IMG/VR virus record: IMGVR_UViG_3300042465_002544
Location: 7,052 to 71,051 of that record
DNA from: a virus
Length of the DNA stretch: 64,000 nt
Reading direction: 5' to 3' (one strand)
Positions 41,608 to 50,646 of this stretch are shown piece by piece. Position numbers and translations under genes: made by a program. Positions within the stretch are counted from its first letter, which is position 1. Each line of letters starts with the position of its first letter. The notes under the pieces are model-generated. The model was not told where the DNA came from and ran no database searches. It worked only from the letters and a program-made list of their open reading frames with translations.

Positions 41608-41860
41608 GGGGATGATCAGTTTCGACTTTATGTGAAAACTTATACACCAGCACAAGAGAGTTACTTGTAAAACTAAATAAATATAAATGGCAAAACACAA
41701 ACTGCCTTCGCTTTAGCTGCATAGTTAAAAGCCGTCTGACGACTAGATAGGAACAGAAAGTCGTGTATGTAAGAAAATGTAAGAAATATCTTGACAATAT
41801 TGCTGTGTAAGTGTATAATTGAAAACATAAAGGACGGCGGTGCAATTCCGCCCATCTCCA
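41608..41860 (+). ncRNA. ssrA: tmRNA (compact), tag (A)GKTQTAFALAA
   Basis: 5' GGGGATGATCAGTTTCGAC; 3' GGACGGCGGTGCAATTCCGCCCATCTCCA with G3:U70; tag ORF 41689-41724 ends ALAA-stop. Confidence 0.92.
41791..41819 (+). promoter_or_regulatory. Perfect consensus promoter inside the tmRNA gene
   Basis: TTGACA-17-TATAAT with TG directly upstream of the -10 box. Confidence 0.75.
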
Positions 41861-41872
41861 CAAAGGATTAAA

Positions 41873-42154
41873 ATGGATTACAGTGAATGGAAGTTCCAGC
41901 AACTTCAAGGAAACATTCAGCCATCATATGAAAAATTAAGTACAGCATCAAAGTTTGCCTTTCTTGCTGTTGCTATATTTTTTTGGGCTGCAATATTGTT
42001 TGTAGAAAACTGGATAATAATGATTTTTCTTGGAACATTGCATTCGGTATTTAATTTTATTCCAGCACTTGGATTTTGGACGGTGTTTTGGTTTAACCTT
42101 TTAATTGGAATTATTATTAATATTGTTAAGAAAAGTAGCAAGGTATCTAAGTGA
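41873..42154 (+). CDS. Membrane protein
   Basis: Two to three hydrophobic helices; AAGGA RBS. Confidence 0.65.
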   Translation: MDYSEWKFQQLQGNIQPSYEKLSTASKFAFLAVAIFFWAAILFVENWIIMIFLGTLHSVFNFIPALGFWTVFWFNLLIGIIINIVKKSSKVSK

Positions 42155-42561
42155 ATAAACTAGTCTTAGTTGACATTGATGGAACAGTAGCACATAGAAC
42201 TAATCGTGATCCATTTGAATATGATAAGGTCTTAGAAGACCGCCCAGATAATGAAACGATTGAGGTCATTACTGCTTTATGGAGAGCAGGATATAAAATT
42301 ATATTTATCTCTGCTCGTGATGATTCCTGCTTTGATGATTCATATGAATGGTTAAGGCTACATTGTCCTCCATTCATTAAATTGTATATGCGTAAAACTG
42401 GTGACTTTCGTAAAGATTCAATTATTAAAGAAGAGATATATCGTGAACATATCGAACCGTTCTATGATGTATTTTGTGTCTTTGATGATCGCAATCAAGT
42501 TGTAGAAATGTGGAGAGAGATTGGTCTTAAATGTTTTCAGCCTGAGTACGGTGACTTTTAA
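42151..42561 (+). CDS. HAD-family phosphatase (polynucleotide kinase 3'-phosphatase-like)
   Basis: DIDGT, SAR, KDSIIKEE, FDDRNQVV. Confidence 0.85.
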   Translation: MNKLVLVDIDGTVAHRTNRDPFEYDKVLEDRPDNETIEVITALWRAGYKIIFISARDDSCFDDSYEWLRLHCPPFIKLYMRKTGDFRKDSIIKEEIYREHIEPFYDVFCVFDDRNQVVEMWREIGLKCFQPEYGDF

Positions 42562-42713
42562 TGAGCAGAGGATTTCAGTTTGACTTCTTTGCAGAAGAAT
42601 GGTCACATACCTGCGGTGCTTGTAAAACAGAGCTATATGCACCAACTAAAAAACATATGGAAGGTAACTTTTGGTTACATACCCATTCAAATGACTGTCT
42701 TGGAGGATGGTAA
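42561..42713 (+). CDS. Small Cys/His protein (not in ORF track)
   Basis: MSRGFQFDFFAEEWSHTCGAC...HTHSNDCLGGW; coupled on both sides. Confidence 0.6.
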   Translation: MSRGFQFDFFAEEWSHTCGACKTELYAPTKKHMEGNFWLHTHSNDCLGGW

Positions 42714-42991
42714 TGAATAAAAAAGAATTAGAAGACTTAATCTATTATGAAATAGATGAAGAGATTATGCTTATGGATGGATTTGAAGAAGCCTTTATTG
42801 GTTTTTCCAGGCGATGTGGTCAGCCAACACTAGCAACATACTCTTTTGAAAAGATGTTGCAGGTACTTGTTGAGCGTGATAATATGGATGTAATGGAAGC
42901 TGAAGAATATATTTCTTATAACTGTGCAGGTGCTTGGATGGGCGATCTAACACCAGTTATCTTATATGAATATGGAGATCACAATGTCTAA
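42713..42991 (+). CDS. Hypothetical protein
   Basis: DGFEEAFIG...EAEEYISYN..GAWMG..TP, a widespread phage family. Confidence 0.7.
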   Translation: MNKKELEDLIYYEIDEEIMLMDGFEEAFIGFSRRCGQPTLATYSFEKMLQVLVERDNMDVMEAEEYISYNCAGAWMGDLTPVILYEYGDHNV

Positions 42992-43175
42992 AGAAACCAA
43001 GAGTTACTTTATTAAATCAACAGATGAGCTAACAGAAATTTTTGTAACAGGATTAAGAACATATGTTAAAAACCGTTTAGGTGAAACTGAAATGCATATG
43101 GAAGATTTTGCGGTAGAAGCAGCAAACTTTGCCGAATGTTTTTATGCTACAATGACTGCATTACCAAAGGATTAA
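42984..43175 (+). CDS. Hypothetical protein
   Basis: GGAG RBS; coupled ORF. Confidence 0.55.
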   Translation: MSKETKSYFIKSTDELTEIFVTGLRTYVKNRLGETEMHMEDFAVEAANFAECFYATMTALPKD

Positions 43176-43176
43176 A

Positions 43177-43416
43177 ATGGAATTTAAATTAGAACATGAA
43201 GTAGATAAGGGTCCAATAGTTCGCTGGATTGCAAATAAGGCTATAAGTATTTCTGGAAAGATATCAAGAGTGGCACACCCCTATGCAGATATATATACAG
43301 CAGTATGGGATGATTATGAAGATGATGAGTTATCTGTACCACACAATCAAATGGGATTGTTTGAGGACTTAGAAGTACTACCGCAGTTTGAAAAACTAAC
43401 AGAGGATTTAATTTAA
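43177..43416 (+). CDS. Hypothetical protein
   Basis: 79-aa ORF, coupled. Confidence 0.55.
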   Translation: MEFKLEHEVDKGPIVRWIANKAISISGKISRVAHPYADIYTAVWDDYEDDELSVPHNQMGLFEDLEVLPQFEKLTEDLI

Positions 43417-43811
43417 TGAAAACTAGGCACATAGCCTTAGTTGCCCACGATAATAAAAAGCAAGATCTTCTTGAATGGTGTAAGATTAATCATTCTACTC
43501 TTAGCAAACATCATCTATATGCTACTGGTAACACTGGCATCTTATTGCAAAATGAACTGCACTTGCCAATTACAAAGTTTCTTAGTGGACCTTTGGGTGG
43601 GGATCAGCAAATAGGTGCTTCGATATCTGAGGGTATTATAGATGTGTTAATATTCTTCTGGGATCCTCTAGAGGCTCAACCGCACGACCCAGACGTTAAA
43701 GCGTTGCTAAGACTAGCAACTCTTTGGAACGCAGGGGTGGCGGTAAACAAATCAACAGCAGATATGATGATATCCTCACCACTATTTGAAAAGAGAAAGG
43801 GAGAAAAGTAA
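43416..43811 (+). CDS. mgsA: Methylglyoxal synthase
   Basis: [46 protein letters not shown]. Confidence 0.95.
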   Translation: MKTRHIALVAHDNKKQDLLEWCKINHSTLSKHHLYATGNTGILLQNELHLPITKFLSGPLGGDQQIGASISEGIIDVLIFFWDPLEAQPHDPDVKALLRLATLWNAGVAVNKSTADMMISSPLFEKRKGEK

Positions 43812-43981
43812 TGACAGATAATGAATATTACTATAGAGACCAAATGAAAGAGTTACAAAATGTAAATGCATTTGTTAGGGTAAACACTCTTAGAACTGTT
43901 TTAAATAAATTAGAATGGTTTCAAGAAAATGGTGCTACCTTAGAACATGCTATTGAGTTTATTAAATCGGAGTTAAGGTAA
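43811..43981 (+). CDS. Hypothetical protein (not in ORF track)
   Basis: [16 protein letters not shown]...; TAATG coupling at both ends. Confidence 0.55.
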   Translation: MTDNEYYYRDQMKELQNVNAFVRVNTLRTVLNKLEWFQENGATLEHAIEFIKSELR

Positions 43982-44664
43982 TGACAAAGCAAATTGATTT
44001 TTGGTATGCAGATGAAAGCTTTAAAGATTTATTAGACCTTCCTGTACCAGCAAAAAAAGAGATCTCAGAATGGTACAAACAGCATCCAAAATATACCTTT
44101 GGAGATAGGTTACAGTTTAATGAAAATGGAATTAATATTGGTATTAAATCTTGTATTCCGTTCTTAGACTCTATGACAAGTGGATATATAATTAAGCTAC
44201 ACTGTGACATATTAGTTGAAGAAGATGGTGGTATTTTTTGGAAACATCAAATTCCACCAGCAACAGGAAGACCAAGTGAAGCTTTTCAACATATTCCAAA
44301 TGTTCCAGGATTTGGCAAGTTCTCTCAGGTCTGGGAAATTCCTTTTGACTTCAAGCTACCAAAAGGATATAGTGCCATAATCACTCAACCATTTAATAAG
44401 TTTGATTTAAATACTTATACTACTTCTGCGATAGTAGATGGAGACTATGGTGTTCCAGGAGGACAGATTCCATTTGCAGTTAAAGAAGGGTTTGTTGGTG
44501 TGATAGAAGCAGGAACACCAATTATTCAAATTATACCCTTTAAAAGAGATAACTGGAAAATGAACTTTAATGAAACAGGTTCTACGTTTAAAGTATGGAA
44601 TGATAAAAGAAAGTTGGTTGGTTGGTATAAACACAACATTTGGAAAAAGAAAAGTTTTGATTAA
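43981..44664 (+). CDS. Conserved phage protein (DUF6065/dUTPase-like beta fold), paralog of 52374..53087
   Basis: PVPAKK...WYK, KSCIPFLDSMTSGY, PKGYS....P, GTPIIQIIPFKRD.W. Confidence 0.65.
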   Translation: MTKQIDFWYADESFKDLLDLPVPAKKEISEWYKQHPKYTFGDRLQFNENGINIGIKSCIPFLDSMTSGYIIKLHCDILVEEDGGIFWKHQIPPATGRPSEAFQHIPNVPGFGKFSQVWEIPFDFKLPKGYSAIITQPFNKFDLNTYTTSAIVDGDYGVPGGQIPFAVKEGFVGVIEAGTPIIQIIPFKRDNWKMNFNETGSTFKVWNDKRKLVGWYKHNIWKKKSFD

Positions 44665-44802
44665 ATGATACAGAAAATTTTAAGATATGCTGAACATTTA
44701 GGTTTAGATAAAGAACAACTATTAAATATGACAATGCTAGAAGCAATGTTGCTAATTGAACAAACAAAAGATATGTGGAAGGAAGTAAAACAAATTGGGT
44801 AA
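44665..44802 (+). CDS. Small hypothetical protein
   Basis: Read manually: MIQKILRYAEHLGLDKEQ... Confidence 0.5.
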   Translation: MIQKILRYAEHLGLDKEQLLNMTMLEAMLLIEQTKDMWKEVKQIG

Positions 44803-44917
44803 GCATCACGATAAAGTTTTAAGAGCATTAGAAGCCAGAAAAAATAATGTTCCACAAAAAGGTGGATACAATATGCCTGGATCAATGAATAAAAAGAAAA
44901 CTGGATATAAAAAATAA
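44795..44917 (+). CDS. Small basic peptide
   Basis: TTG start; MGKHHDKVLRALEARK...PGSMNKKKTGYKK. Confidence 0.45.
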   Translation: MGKHHDKVLRALEARKNNVPQKGGYNMPGSMNKKKTGYKK

Positions 44918-44922
44918 GTAAC

Positions 44923-44951
44923 TTGACATCCTCTCGGTAATATGTTAAACT
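44923..44951 (+). promoter_or_regulatory. SigA-type promoter (leaderless)
   Basis: TTGACA-17-TAAACT; ATG 6 nt downstream. Confidence 0.7.
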
Positions 44952-44957
44952 AGAATA

Positions 44958-45461
44958 ATGCAATTCAAAACCTTGGTTTTGATTCCTGCTATTGCGGTTC
45001 TTACAGCATCTGCTGTATCCCTACCAGTAGCCCAGAGTCAAACCAGTGCTAATGAAGCACCGCATAAAATAGTTAAAGTTAGTAACGAAGACTATTTAGA
45101 TGATAGATCAGATGAATCAGCATCGAGATCTGCAACAAGATTTGCTTATGCAAGTCCTAAGTATAATAAAAAATATGCAAAAAGTTATATGGGTTCCAAA
45201 TACAAATGGAATACTAAGCAGTATAATTGTTTAGTGAAACTATGGAACCGAGAAAGCGGATGGCGTACTACTGCTGATAATCCTAATTCAAGTGCATATG
45301 GAATACCACAAGCATTGCCAGGAAAGAAAATGGCTAGTGCAGGACCAAACTGGAAAACAAATCCACACACCCAAATTAAGTGGGGTCTAAAATACATTAA
45401 GTCTAGGTATAAGACACCTTGTGGGGCGTGGTCAGCGTTTAACAAAAAGGGTTGGTATTAG
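44958..45461 (+). CDS. Secreted lytic transglycosylase (SLT/lysozyme-like, actinobacterial type)
   Basis: Signal peptide; CLVKLWNRESGW, SSAYGIPQALPG, QIKWGLKYI..RY..PCGAW...GWY. Confidence 0.88.
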   Translation: MQFKTLVLIPAIAVLTASAVSLPVAQSQTSANEAPHKIVKVSNEDYLDDRSDESASRSATRFAYASPKYNKKYAKSYMGSKYKWNTKQYNCLVKLWNRESGWRTTADNPNSSAYGIPQALPGKKMASAGPNWKTNPHTQIKWGLKYIKSRYKTPCGAWSAFNKKGWY

Positions 45462-45531
45462 CTAGAAAGATGTCCTGAGCAAAGACATTAAACTGCTCAC
45501 CATAATAAAATGGATGTATAATTAAATATTT

Positions 45532-45603
45532 GCCTCTTTAGCTCAGTGGTAGAGCAACGCTCTTGTAAAGCGTAGGTCATCCGTTCAAATCGGATAAGGG
45601 GCT
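45532..45603 (+). tRNA. tRNA-Thr(TGT)
   Basis: GCCTCTT/AAGGGGC, ACGCT-CTTGTAA-AGCGT, GTTCAAATC. Confidence 0.92.
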
Positions 45604-45627
45604 CTCGAAAAACAATTAGGAGAAGAA

Positions 45628-45921
45628 ATGAACTTAGTAGAGTTTATTGAAGAAATTAAGTCTGGAACTACAATCGTAGATTTCTGGGCGGAGTGGTGCG
45701 GTCCTTGCAAAATGGTCACACCAGTTTTAGAAGAGATTGCAAAAGAAAACAATGTAAGACTCTTAAAGATTAATGTTGATGAAAGCAAAGAACTTGCAAG
45801 TGCCTTTAACTTAACAAGCATTCCAGTTATTATGCTATATACTGATGGTGAAAAAACAAAGCATATCATTGGTGCAAAGCCAAAACCAGCATTAAATAAG
45901 GCGTTGTTTGGTGATGTTTAA
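45628..45921 (+). CDS. trxA: Thioredoxin
   Basis: VDFWAEWCGPCK, SIP. Confidence 0.93.
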   Translation: MNLVEFIEEIKSGTTIVDFWAEWCGPCKMVTPVLEEIAKENNVRLLKINVDESKELASAFNLTSIPVIMLYTDGEKTKHIIGAKPKPALNKALFGDV

Positions 45922-46186
45922 TCGTAAATCAAAAAATGAAATGCTTGTAGAAGAATATCAATATCGTGCAGTTATTAGCTATCTACCCCAAAAGCAGGTA
46001 TACAGAGCATCTGTGCAGCGTAGAATTGGTATTAATGAATGGGTAAAGGTACAATGTGGTCTTAAGGGTGTTAATTTTGCATCTAAAGAACAAGCCGAAG
46101 GTGCTGCAAGGTATAAGATTAGAGTGCAAAAAAGCCTAGATGATCAGGTAAGTAGCCCGATTTCTTATATCATCTATGACGATTAA
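45914..46186 (+). CDS. Hypothetical protein
   Basis: Coupled ORF. Confidence 0.55.
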   Translation: MFNRKSKNEMLVEEYQYRAVISYLPQKQVYRASVQRRIGINEWVKVQCGLKGVNFASKEQAEGAARYKIRVQKSLDDQVSSPISYIIYDD

Positions 46187-46204
46187 AATGGTAAAATAGG
46201 TATT

Positions 46205-48655
46205 ATGGCTAATAAAAAGTTTGAGTCCAATGCGGTATTTAATGGTGAAGTTGAGGCAACAAAGCTAAAAGTAACCGCTGCAGGTGGCGATGAAGGTGGA
46301 GAAATATTCCTTGCAAAACCAGCCACAAATACAACCATTGCTGGTACAGGTGTTACCGTAGATGTGTGGCAAAATAAACTTAGATTTTTTGAACAAGGTG
46401 GAGATGCTCGTGGATACTATCTTGACATAACTGGTGGTAGTGCAGGTGTTGGAACCAATATTATTGGTGGTGGTTCTGCATCAGACTCATTTAAAACCAT
46501 ATCAGTAACTGGTCAATCTAGTGTTGTAGCAGACTCATCTACAGATACATTAAGCCTTATAGCAGGTACAAATGTATCTATTACAACAGATGCTACCGCA
46601 GATTCTATTACAATTAATTCCACAGGTAACTTTACATCTGTCGATTCTATTACATATCCAGACTATATTACTTTTGATACCACCCCAGAAACCGTTCCAA
46701 CTGCAACAGGCTCTATTTTTTGGGACGATGGAGACGGTCTTCCAGCAACAGTTTTGAATGCAAATGTAACTATTGGATTAGGACAAGAACAGGTAGCCTT
46801 AGTTAAAAATGCTACAGGTGCATCTATTGCTAAGGGTAAAGTTGTATACATAAATGGTGCTGCTGGTCAAAGACCAACGATTGCACTATCTGATGCTGAT
46901 ACAGAAGCAACATCTTCTAAAACATTTGGCTTAACAGCAGAAGCGATTGCAGACGGTGCAGAAGGATTTGTAGCAACCTTTGGGGTTTTGCGTGGAGTTA
47001 ATACTCTTGGATTAACTGAAGGTGCTGCTTTGTGGCTATCTTCAACAGCAGGTTCATATACAACAACAGTACCAGCAGAACCAGCACATTCTGTATTTCT
47101 TGGATATGTAGTTAAAGCTCATGCAACCGCAGGTGAAATATTTGTAAATATTCAAAATGGTTATGAGTTAACAGAACTTCACGGTGTAATAATTGATGGC
47201 ACTCCAGCGGATAATGAAGTTCTTGCCTATGACTCAACATCAGGGTTATGGATTAATCAAACTGCGGTAGAGGCAGGTTTAATTGATACATCTGCAACTG
47301 CACAAACAAAAACTGGCAACCTTACATTAACTGGAACTAACTCAATATATGATACAAGAGAATATCTTTATGCGGTAAATGATGAAGGTGAAACCGTAAG
47401 TGCTTTATCTGCTGTAGTTTTTAATGGTGTTTCATCTGGTGTCCCAAAGTTCAAACGTGCTGATACAGATCAGATTGGTCAATCTGGTGTTGTTGGATTA
47501 ACAATAGCATCTATTGCTTCTGGGGCAACTGGAACAATTATTACTCGTGGAATAATTAATGGAGTTAATACAGCATCTTATGCAGATGGACAAATATTAT
47601 ATATCTCAACGGGTGGATTAATTACTGGAACTAGACCAACTGGAACAACTTCAAGAATACATAAAATAGCAAAAGTAGTTATTGCAGATGAGACAAATGG
47701 AATAATTTATGTATTAGGTACAATCGAAGAAGACCTTCCAAACTTAGAAAACTTAAAAATCTGGGTTGGTAATTCAAGTGATGCCCCAACTGAAACAACT
47801 TTAAATACCACAGTAGTTCCAGAAGGAACTAATATTTACTTTACAGATGAAAGAGCACAAGATGCTATTGGAACTAATTTAGGATCTGGTCTTTCATATA
47901 ATGATTCTACTGGAGCTATTTCAAACTCTGGTGTTCTTTCTATAATTGGAACAGCAAATGAGATTGATATTCTTGGAACAAATACAGAAATACAAATAGG
48001 CATTCCTAATTCCCCAGTTTTTGTTACACCAAACATTGGTGTGGCAACAGCAACATCTATTAATGGGACAACAATTCCATCATCAAAGACTCTAGTTATT
48101 ACAGATGATATTGGATCAACTATTCAAGGATACAGTTCAACTCTTGCTGGAATTAACACTCTTGGATCAGGAACGGGATTTTTAAAAAATACCGCAGGTA
48201 CTTGGTCATATGATAATTCAACATATTTAACTACTGGTGCTGCCTCTTCAACATATGCCCCTATTGCATCACCAACATTTACTGGAAATGTGACAATAGG
48301 TGAGGCAGTGGTAAAAACTACTAGCACAAACCTTGTATCTTCTTCTGCAACTGTAATTGCTACAATACCAATCCCATCAGGAAAAGAAGTAGTATCCGCA
48401 GAGTGTTTGGTTTTGTTGTCAAGTACATATGATGGTACTTATTACACATCAAAGTGTTTAATGTTTGGTGGAACTGTTGTAGGAGATCCAATAGCAGATA
48501 TTACAGAGTATGCAATTATGGGAGATATGGATGCAACTCTAACTGCTGCTAAAGTTGGATCGAATGTTGAACTAAGTGTTCAGGTAACAGATTATACTAA
48601 TATAACTGCTAAGGTTGTTTCAACAAGCATAGCAGCAGACAATGGGGCAACCTAA
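46205..48655 (+). CDS. Virion structural/fibre-like protein
   Basis: 816 aa, Gly/Thr-rich; two repeats of a capsid-cement-like module (GKVVYI..GL.AE.IA.G..G.....G.L.GVNT); EGTNIYFTDERAQDA fibre repeat. Confidence 0.65.
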   Translation: MANKKFESNAVFNGEVEATKLKVTAAGGDEGGEIFLAKPATNTTIAGTGVTVDVWQNKLRFFEQGGDARGYYLDITGGSAGVGTNIIGGGSASDSFKTISVTGQSSVVADSSTDTLSLIAGTNVSITTDATADSITINSTGNFTSVDSITYPDYITFDTTPETVPTATGSIFWDDGDGLPATVLNANVTIGLGQEQVALVKNATGASIAKGKVVYINGAAGQRPTIALSDADTEATSSKTFGLTAEAIADGAEGFVATFGVLRGVNTLGLTEGAALWLSSTAGSYTTTVPAEPAHSVFLGYVVKAHATAGEIFVNIQNGYELTELHGVIIDGTPADNEVLAYDSTSGLWINQTAVEAGLIDTSATAQTKTGNLTLTGTNSIYDTREYLYAVNDEGETVSALSAVVFNGVSSGVPKFKRADTDQIGQSGVVGLTIASIASGATGTIITRGIINGVNTASYADGQILYISTGGLITGTRPTGTTSRIHKIAKVVIADETNGIIYVLGTIEEDLPNLENLKIWVGNSSDAPTETTLNTTVVPEGTNIYFTDERAQDAIGTNLGSGLSYNDSTGAISNSGVLSIIGTANEIDILGTNTEIQIGIPNSPVFVTPNIGVATATSINGTTIPSSKTLVITDDIGSTIQGYSSTLAGINTLGSGTGFLKNTAGTWSYDNSTYLTTGAASSTYAPIASPTFTGNVTIGEAVVKTTSTNLVSSSATVIATIPIPSGKEVVSAECLVLLSSTYDGTYYTSKCLMFGGTVVGDPIADITEYAIMGDMDATLTAAKVGSNVELSVQVTDYTNITAKVVSTSIAADNGAT

Positions 48656-48691
48656 TGTGTTATAATATTTTTGAAGGGACAGTGAACTTCA

Positions 48692-49921
48692 TTGGCTAAT
48701 AAAAATTTTATCGTTAAAAACGATATTGAGTTAAAGGGAAACCTTATCTTTGAGGGTGCTACAAAAGATGCCTTTGAAACTACCCTTGCAATTACCGATC
48801 CAACAGCAGATAGAACTATAACTTTTCCTAACTCTACAGGAACTGTTGCTTTAACCAGTGACTTAACCTTAGAGAATGTAACAGATGGTGGTGCAACATC
48901 AACAAATGCTATTACTATAACAAATGCTACCGCATCCTCTTCTCCAATTACTGGAGCATTAATAGTTACAGGTGGTGTTGGAATAGGAGAAGACCTGTAT
49001 GTTGATAATGATGTATATATTGGTGGAAACATTAATATTACTGGATCAATTACTGGAGACTTGACATCGGTAGATGTAACAAACTTGGTAGTAACAGATC
49101 CGCTTATCTATCTTGCAGAAGGAAACCCAAACGACTCTGTTGACATTGGTATCTTTGCTGCACTAAATCACGGTGGACCATCATATAAGCATACTGGATT
49201 AATTAGAGATGCCTCAGATTCTGGTAAGTGGAAGCTTGTGTCTAATCTAGATGATCCAATTAGTAATGTTATTAATTTTACAAGTGCCAACTTTGATACA
49301 TTAAAGGTTGGTGCACTAGAAGTATCTGATGCAGGAACTACAAGAACAAATCTTGGTCTTGCTATTGGAACAAATGTACAGGCTTATAGCTCTACACTTG
49401 CAGCAGTTGCTGGTGAAACCTATGCTGGTGATGATAGCATTACAACGGTTGGAACAATCGCTACTGGAACTTGGAATGCAACAACTATTGCAACATCAAA
49501 AGGTGGAACTGGTCTTACAACACTAGGAACTGCTGGTCAAGTTCTTACAGTTAATTCAGGAGCAACTGGATTAGAATGGGCAACTGCAAGTGGCGGTGGA
49601 CCATCTACTACAACAACCTCTATTACAGTAAATACTGCTTTAGCTATTGAATCATTTGCAATAGCAACATCTAGAACTGCAGAAGCAATTATTCAAATTA
49701 CTCAAGGTACAGATTATTATTCCTCAAAGGTACTTTTGATCCACGATGGAACAAGTGTAAAAATTACTGAATATGCAATTTTAGAATCTACGGCAGGAGC
49801 AATTCCAGTAACAATATCTGCAGCTATTAGTGGTTCAAATCTTGAACTTCGTGCTACAATTACAGATGCAGCAACAACAAATGCAACTGCAAAAGTAATT
49901 ATGACAGAGGTGGCAGTTTAA
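48692..49921 (+). CDS. Virion fibre-like protein
   Basis: TTG start; ETTLAITDPTADRTITFP, TGALIVTGGVGIG and RTNLGLAIGTNVQAY fibre motifs; C-terminal domain similar to that of the upstream gene. Confidence 0.65.
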   Translation: MANKNFIVKNDIELKGNLIFEGATKDAFETTLAITDPTADRTITFPNSTGTVALTSDLTLENVTDGGATSTNAITITNATASSSPITGALIVTGGVGIGEDLYVDNDVYIGGNINITGSITGDLTSVDVTNLVVTDPLIYLAEGNPNDSVDIGIFAALNHGGPSYKHTGLIRDASDSGKWKLVSNLDDPISNVINFTSANFDTLKVGALEVSDAGTTRTNLGLAIGTNVQAYSSTLAAVAGETYAGDDSITTVGTIATGTWNATTIATSKGGTGLTTLGTAGQVLTVNSGATGLEWATASGGGPSTTTTSITVNTALAIESFAIATSRTAEAIIQITQGTDYYSSKVLLIHDGTSVKITEYAILESTAGAIPVTISAAISGSNLELRATITDAATTNATAKVIMTEVAV

Positions 49922-50643
49922 TGGCTAACTTAAAAGTATTAGATGATTTAGCAATTAAAAATTCATCTGGATTACCTACGCAAGGCATGAGTGTTTTGCC
50001 TCAAGTTGGATTCGTTATGCTATATGCTGGAACAACAGCACCATCTGGATGGTTTATATGTAATGGAGGAACTTTTTCTTCTACTACATACCCACTTTTA
50101 TATGCAGCACTGGGTAATACCACAACATTGCCAGACTTAAAAGGTAGATATTTAGTTGGAACAACAAATTCTAGTTTAATTAAAACTTCTATTGGGCAAG
50201 AATATCATGATCATGTAATAGATTATCAAAGCACTATTGATAATGCTAGTGCAGAAGCTCACGAAACAGCAGGTGCAGCAAGCAACTGGAGTAACCTTGG
50301 TTTATCTCATCAACATACTGGAAACTACTGGTTTGATGTTCCTGGATCACCAAGAGATCATAGAGGTGCTGGTTATGCATCCAACAGCTATAGCAATGTC
50401 CCAGTAAACACAACTGCAGGTAATCAGGCTAATGTTTGGAATAGTACTCACGGTCACGGGCAAGGTGGAGGAATTGGCTATAATGCTGCTACCGTTAATC
50501 ATTCTCATGCTGGAAACTTTTCTACAACAACTATTAGCTCAAATCAGCATAGTCATACTGCTTCAGCAACTAGTGGAACTACTAGTCCTACTTCCCACAA
50601 ACCATCAACAGTATATTTAAACTATATAATTAAGGCAGGATAA
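49921..50643 (+). CDS. Tail-collar domain fibre protein 1
   Basis: VGFVMLYAGTTAPSGWFICNG...LPDLKGR; HxH repeats; LNYIIKA. Confidence 0.82.
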   Translation: MANLKVLDDLAIKNSSGLPTQGMSVLPQVGFVMLYAGTTAPSGWFICNGGTFSSTTYPLLYAALGNTTTLPDLKGRYLVGTTNSSLIKTSIGQEYHDHVIDYQSTIDNASAEAHETAGAASNWSNLGLSHQHTGNYWFDVPGSPRDHRGAGYASNSYSNVPVNTTAGNQANVWNSTHGHGQGGGIGYNAATVNHSHAGNFSTTTISSNQHSHTASATSGTTSPTSHKPSTVYLNYIIKAG

Positions 50644-50646
50644 CTG

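Noticed and set aside
41561-41908. Minus-strand ORFs over 41561-41908
   Set aside because: They are antisense to the tmRNA and have no protein features
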